A stretch of DNA of 63,531 nt, filler included, from Reticulomyxa filosa (taxonomy: Eukaryota > Protista > Foraminifera): the NCBI GenBank assembly GCA_000512085.1. It is 16 parts of 16 records of this genome, joined end to end, with 100 filler letters (N's around TTAATTAATTAA, not from the genome) between each part and the next. Parts side by side here need not be neighbours in the genome. Positions count along the whole stretch, not along the records: positions 61,112 to 63,531 come from ASPP01013242.1; 15 more parts are not named here. One strand, 5' to 3'. The translations under genes were made by a program, and so were the position numbers. Under the pieces are notes generated by a model. That model was not told the DNA's origin. It saw only the letters and a program-made list of their open reading frames with translations, and ran no database searches. Below, one piece after another: positions 61,112 through 63,531 of the stretch (positions are counted from its first letter, which is position 1; each line of letters begins with the position of its first letter).

Positions 61112-63531
61112 TCCAAGTCCAAGTCCAGGTCCACTACACACGTTATAGCAACAAACATTGACTTGGGAAAAGGCAAACATACGGCAGTCGAGGAGGATGA
61201 AGAAAACGACAGGGAATTGGAATTGGATCTAGAAGAGGAAGAGGAAGAGGAAGAAGCAGAAGAAGAAGAAGGAGGAAGAAGACAGAGAATAAGAAGAAGA
61301 AGAAGAAGAAGGGGAAGAAGAGAAGACGAAGGACAAGATATTGTTGAAGAAGGGGAGGAAGGACATGGAAATGAAATCGTTGACGAAGACCGAGACGAAG
61401 ACAGAAATGAAGACAGAAACGAAGAAGAAGAAGAAGAATTGTTGTCAGTGCAGAAAGGCACATCAAGAAGTGGTGACTCATCTTCTCAACTTGATGATGG
61501 ATCATTAAATAGCATTGCCAATTTGCGAAAGCGATCTCGATCGTTGCCAAGAGAGATAATTCTATTGCCCGAAAGCGAGAGCAAGGACAAAGAAAAAGAT
61601 AAGGACAAGGATCACACGAAATGCAATTCACTCAACTCATTGGACACGTCATTTCTTCCTTTGACCAATGATCAAGATGCAATTCACAAAGGTGATGGTG
61701 ATGACAACGGTAATGCCATCGGTAATGGTAATGATAATGGTAATGATGACAATAGCGATGTAAAACCCACAGACACAATGGACTTGGAAATTCACGACGA
61801 AAAAGACAAAGAAGCGATTACTGAGAAGTTGGTATCTGACAACGACATCACCGAGCAAGATCGTGCACATACTCAGCCCATGGCCACTATTGCTCCGATG
61901 AATATTGCAACCTCTCCTAATGATTCTTTTCTCGTTATCACCGACGACAGTGTCAGCAGTAGTCATCACCATGGCAATAGTCATAGCAATAGTCATAGCA
62001 ATAGTCATGGCAGTGTGGACACGACTATGACTACGACTGCCATAAATGCCAACACTGAATTCCACAACTACAATCCGGACAACTACTACCAACACTCATG
62101 CATAAATATGGACAAACGAATGCACATGTTGGACTGGTACTTTGCACTGTTGCGATGGAGACAATTCCTAAGCGAATGGGACGAACCTCGCTGGCACTTG
62201 GGCCAAGATGACATTGCCATTTATCGCGAAGCCTTGTTTCCTATGTTCGACTTTGAAAAGTTGGACATGTTCAAACGTGCATTCGCCGACTCGGACACTA
62301 ACATAAGTGGCAACGGCGATTGCGTTCGGTCGTTGGACGAATGGATCTTCTCTTTTGTGAAAGATGAGGAGCTGTGGAACGAATGGCAGGCCATCAAGAC
62401 ACAGTACGAAAGCAAAGGCAAAGATAAGGAGAAGGATAAAGACAAAGACAAAGATAAAGAGAATGCTGACACAGACAAATTGAGACGTTGGATATGCAAA
62501 AGTGAAACCAAGTTGCAAGCGTGGTGGAACGAAGAAATTATCGAATCGTTTCAGGGGGACAATTTGTCAAGCACTATAAAACGTTGTTGCATCCCCAGAG
62601 GCGTTCTTGAAACGTGTCAAGGATCCTCGACCAGCGTACTTGATCAAGTTGCACCAACAGTTTGAAATTGATCCACAACAAGAACTCATCGAAACGTATA
62701 ATTGTGCCTATGATAAAGGAATCCTTCATCAAGGCAAAATGTACATTTTTACTGAATACGTGTGCTTTTTCAGCAATATGTTGGGACTAACACAAAAAGT
62801 TACACATATATATGTGCATGTGTTTCAATTTCTTTTATTTCATTAGTGGATTAGTGCATACATTGTTGGATTAAAAAAAAAAAAAATACATAGCTTGTAT
62901 TGAAAATGGAAGATATTCATTCGATATCTCGTGACGTGACTGTGTTTTTTATTCAAAATGCGATCAAAATTGCAACAAATGATAAGAAAGTGCACTGCTT
63001 CCGCACGTTTATGAATCGCGAGCAAACATTTCAGACTCTGGAGTCTGTCATTCGCAAAAAAACCGCCATCTCATTGCAGACGTGAAGAAATCGGTGAAAG
63101 GCAACAGTGGTGGCCCCTCTTCTTCCTCATCGTCTTCTTCTTCTTCTTCTTCTTCTTCTTCTTCTTCTTCCTCGTTTGGCTCGACGATGAGCAAAAGCAT
63201 GACGACGCTTGCCTTACCAAACGCACTTACCTTCAATCCCACAAACACTACCGACTTTGCTTCGTCTTCTTCCGCTGCTGGCGTGGCGGCTGCTACTGCA
63301 ACCACTAGGGCTGCAAGCGCTTCTGGTGCCACTGGTGGCACCTCTGCGTCGTGCGTTGAAATGGCCCAAGGAGATGTCAAGCACAACGACACCGAACAAG
63401 ACAAAGACAAACACGATGACGATGAAGAAGAAGATGATGATGATGATGATGATGATGATAGTGATGATGATAGTAATGATGATGACGATGAAGAAAGTGA
63501 AGAGGAAGAAGAAGAAGAAGAAGAAGAAAAA
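61112..63531 (+). CDS. GRAM-domain protein with long acidic low-complexity flanks; intron 62799-62893; frameshifts near 62600 and 63060
   Basis: LHQQFEIDPQQELIETYNCAYDKGILHQGKMYIFTEYVCFFSNMLG-LVLKMEDIHSI...NAIKI...CFRTFMNREQTF. Confidence 0.85.

Noticed and set aside
27955-63085. Programmed frameshifting in several genes (near 27965, 48285, 50775, 54220 and 63060)
   Set aside because: Nearly all sit in homopolymer runs, so sequencing indels are the simpler explanation.
3158-63414. Low-complexity ORFs (poly-I, poly-M, poly-Y, poly-S) and antisense ORFs over real genes
   Set aside because: They are alternate-frame or opposite-strand readings of microsatellites and real exons.

Overview
This is AT-rich, intron-containing eukaryotic nuclear DNA, not one continuous locus. 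It consists of 16 short contigs joined by 15 artificial 100-nt linkers (N44-TTAATTAATTAA-N44). The gene families point to a foraminiferan, most likely Reticulomyxa filosa (inference, no database search): expanded WD40, Kelch-like, TPR and caspase-like families, a divergent alpha-tubulin, and homopolymer frameshifts typical of 454 data. Recognisable genes are a Ser/Thr kinase missed by the ORF track, a CoA Nudix hydrolase, an ABHD17-like hydrolase, ASF1, a GFA/CENP-V protein, ALDH3, an ABCD transporter, Rab1, a metallophosphoesterase, IPK1, a G-patch protein, TMEM135, a LOTUS-like protein, an MFS transporter, an FkbM-like methyltransferase, a JmjC oxygenase, a GT60 GlcNAc transferase, alpha-tubulin, CysRS and a GRAM-domain protein. 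There are several pseudogenes (TPR, IFT144, caspase-like) and two retroelement relics lacking reverse transcriptase: a Ty3/gypsy with LTR and PBS, and an RNase H-bearing LINE. Three observations stand out. (1) Many GT-AG introns have an A-tract instead of a polypyrimidine tract before the AG and can fold into T-run/A-run or inverted-repeat hairpins. (2) A ~370-nt structured non-coding element at 39429-39800 ends in a tRNA-Leu-like minihelix and an A-rich tail. (3) A 1-kb 9-nt-period repeat has Thr at every third residue in one frame. All calls were made by eye, and exon boundaries are manual.
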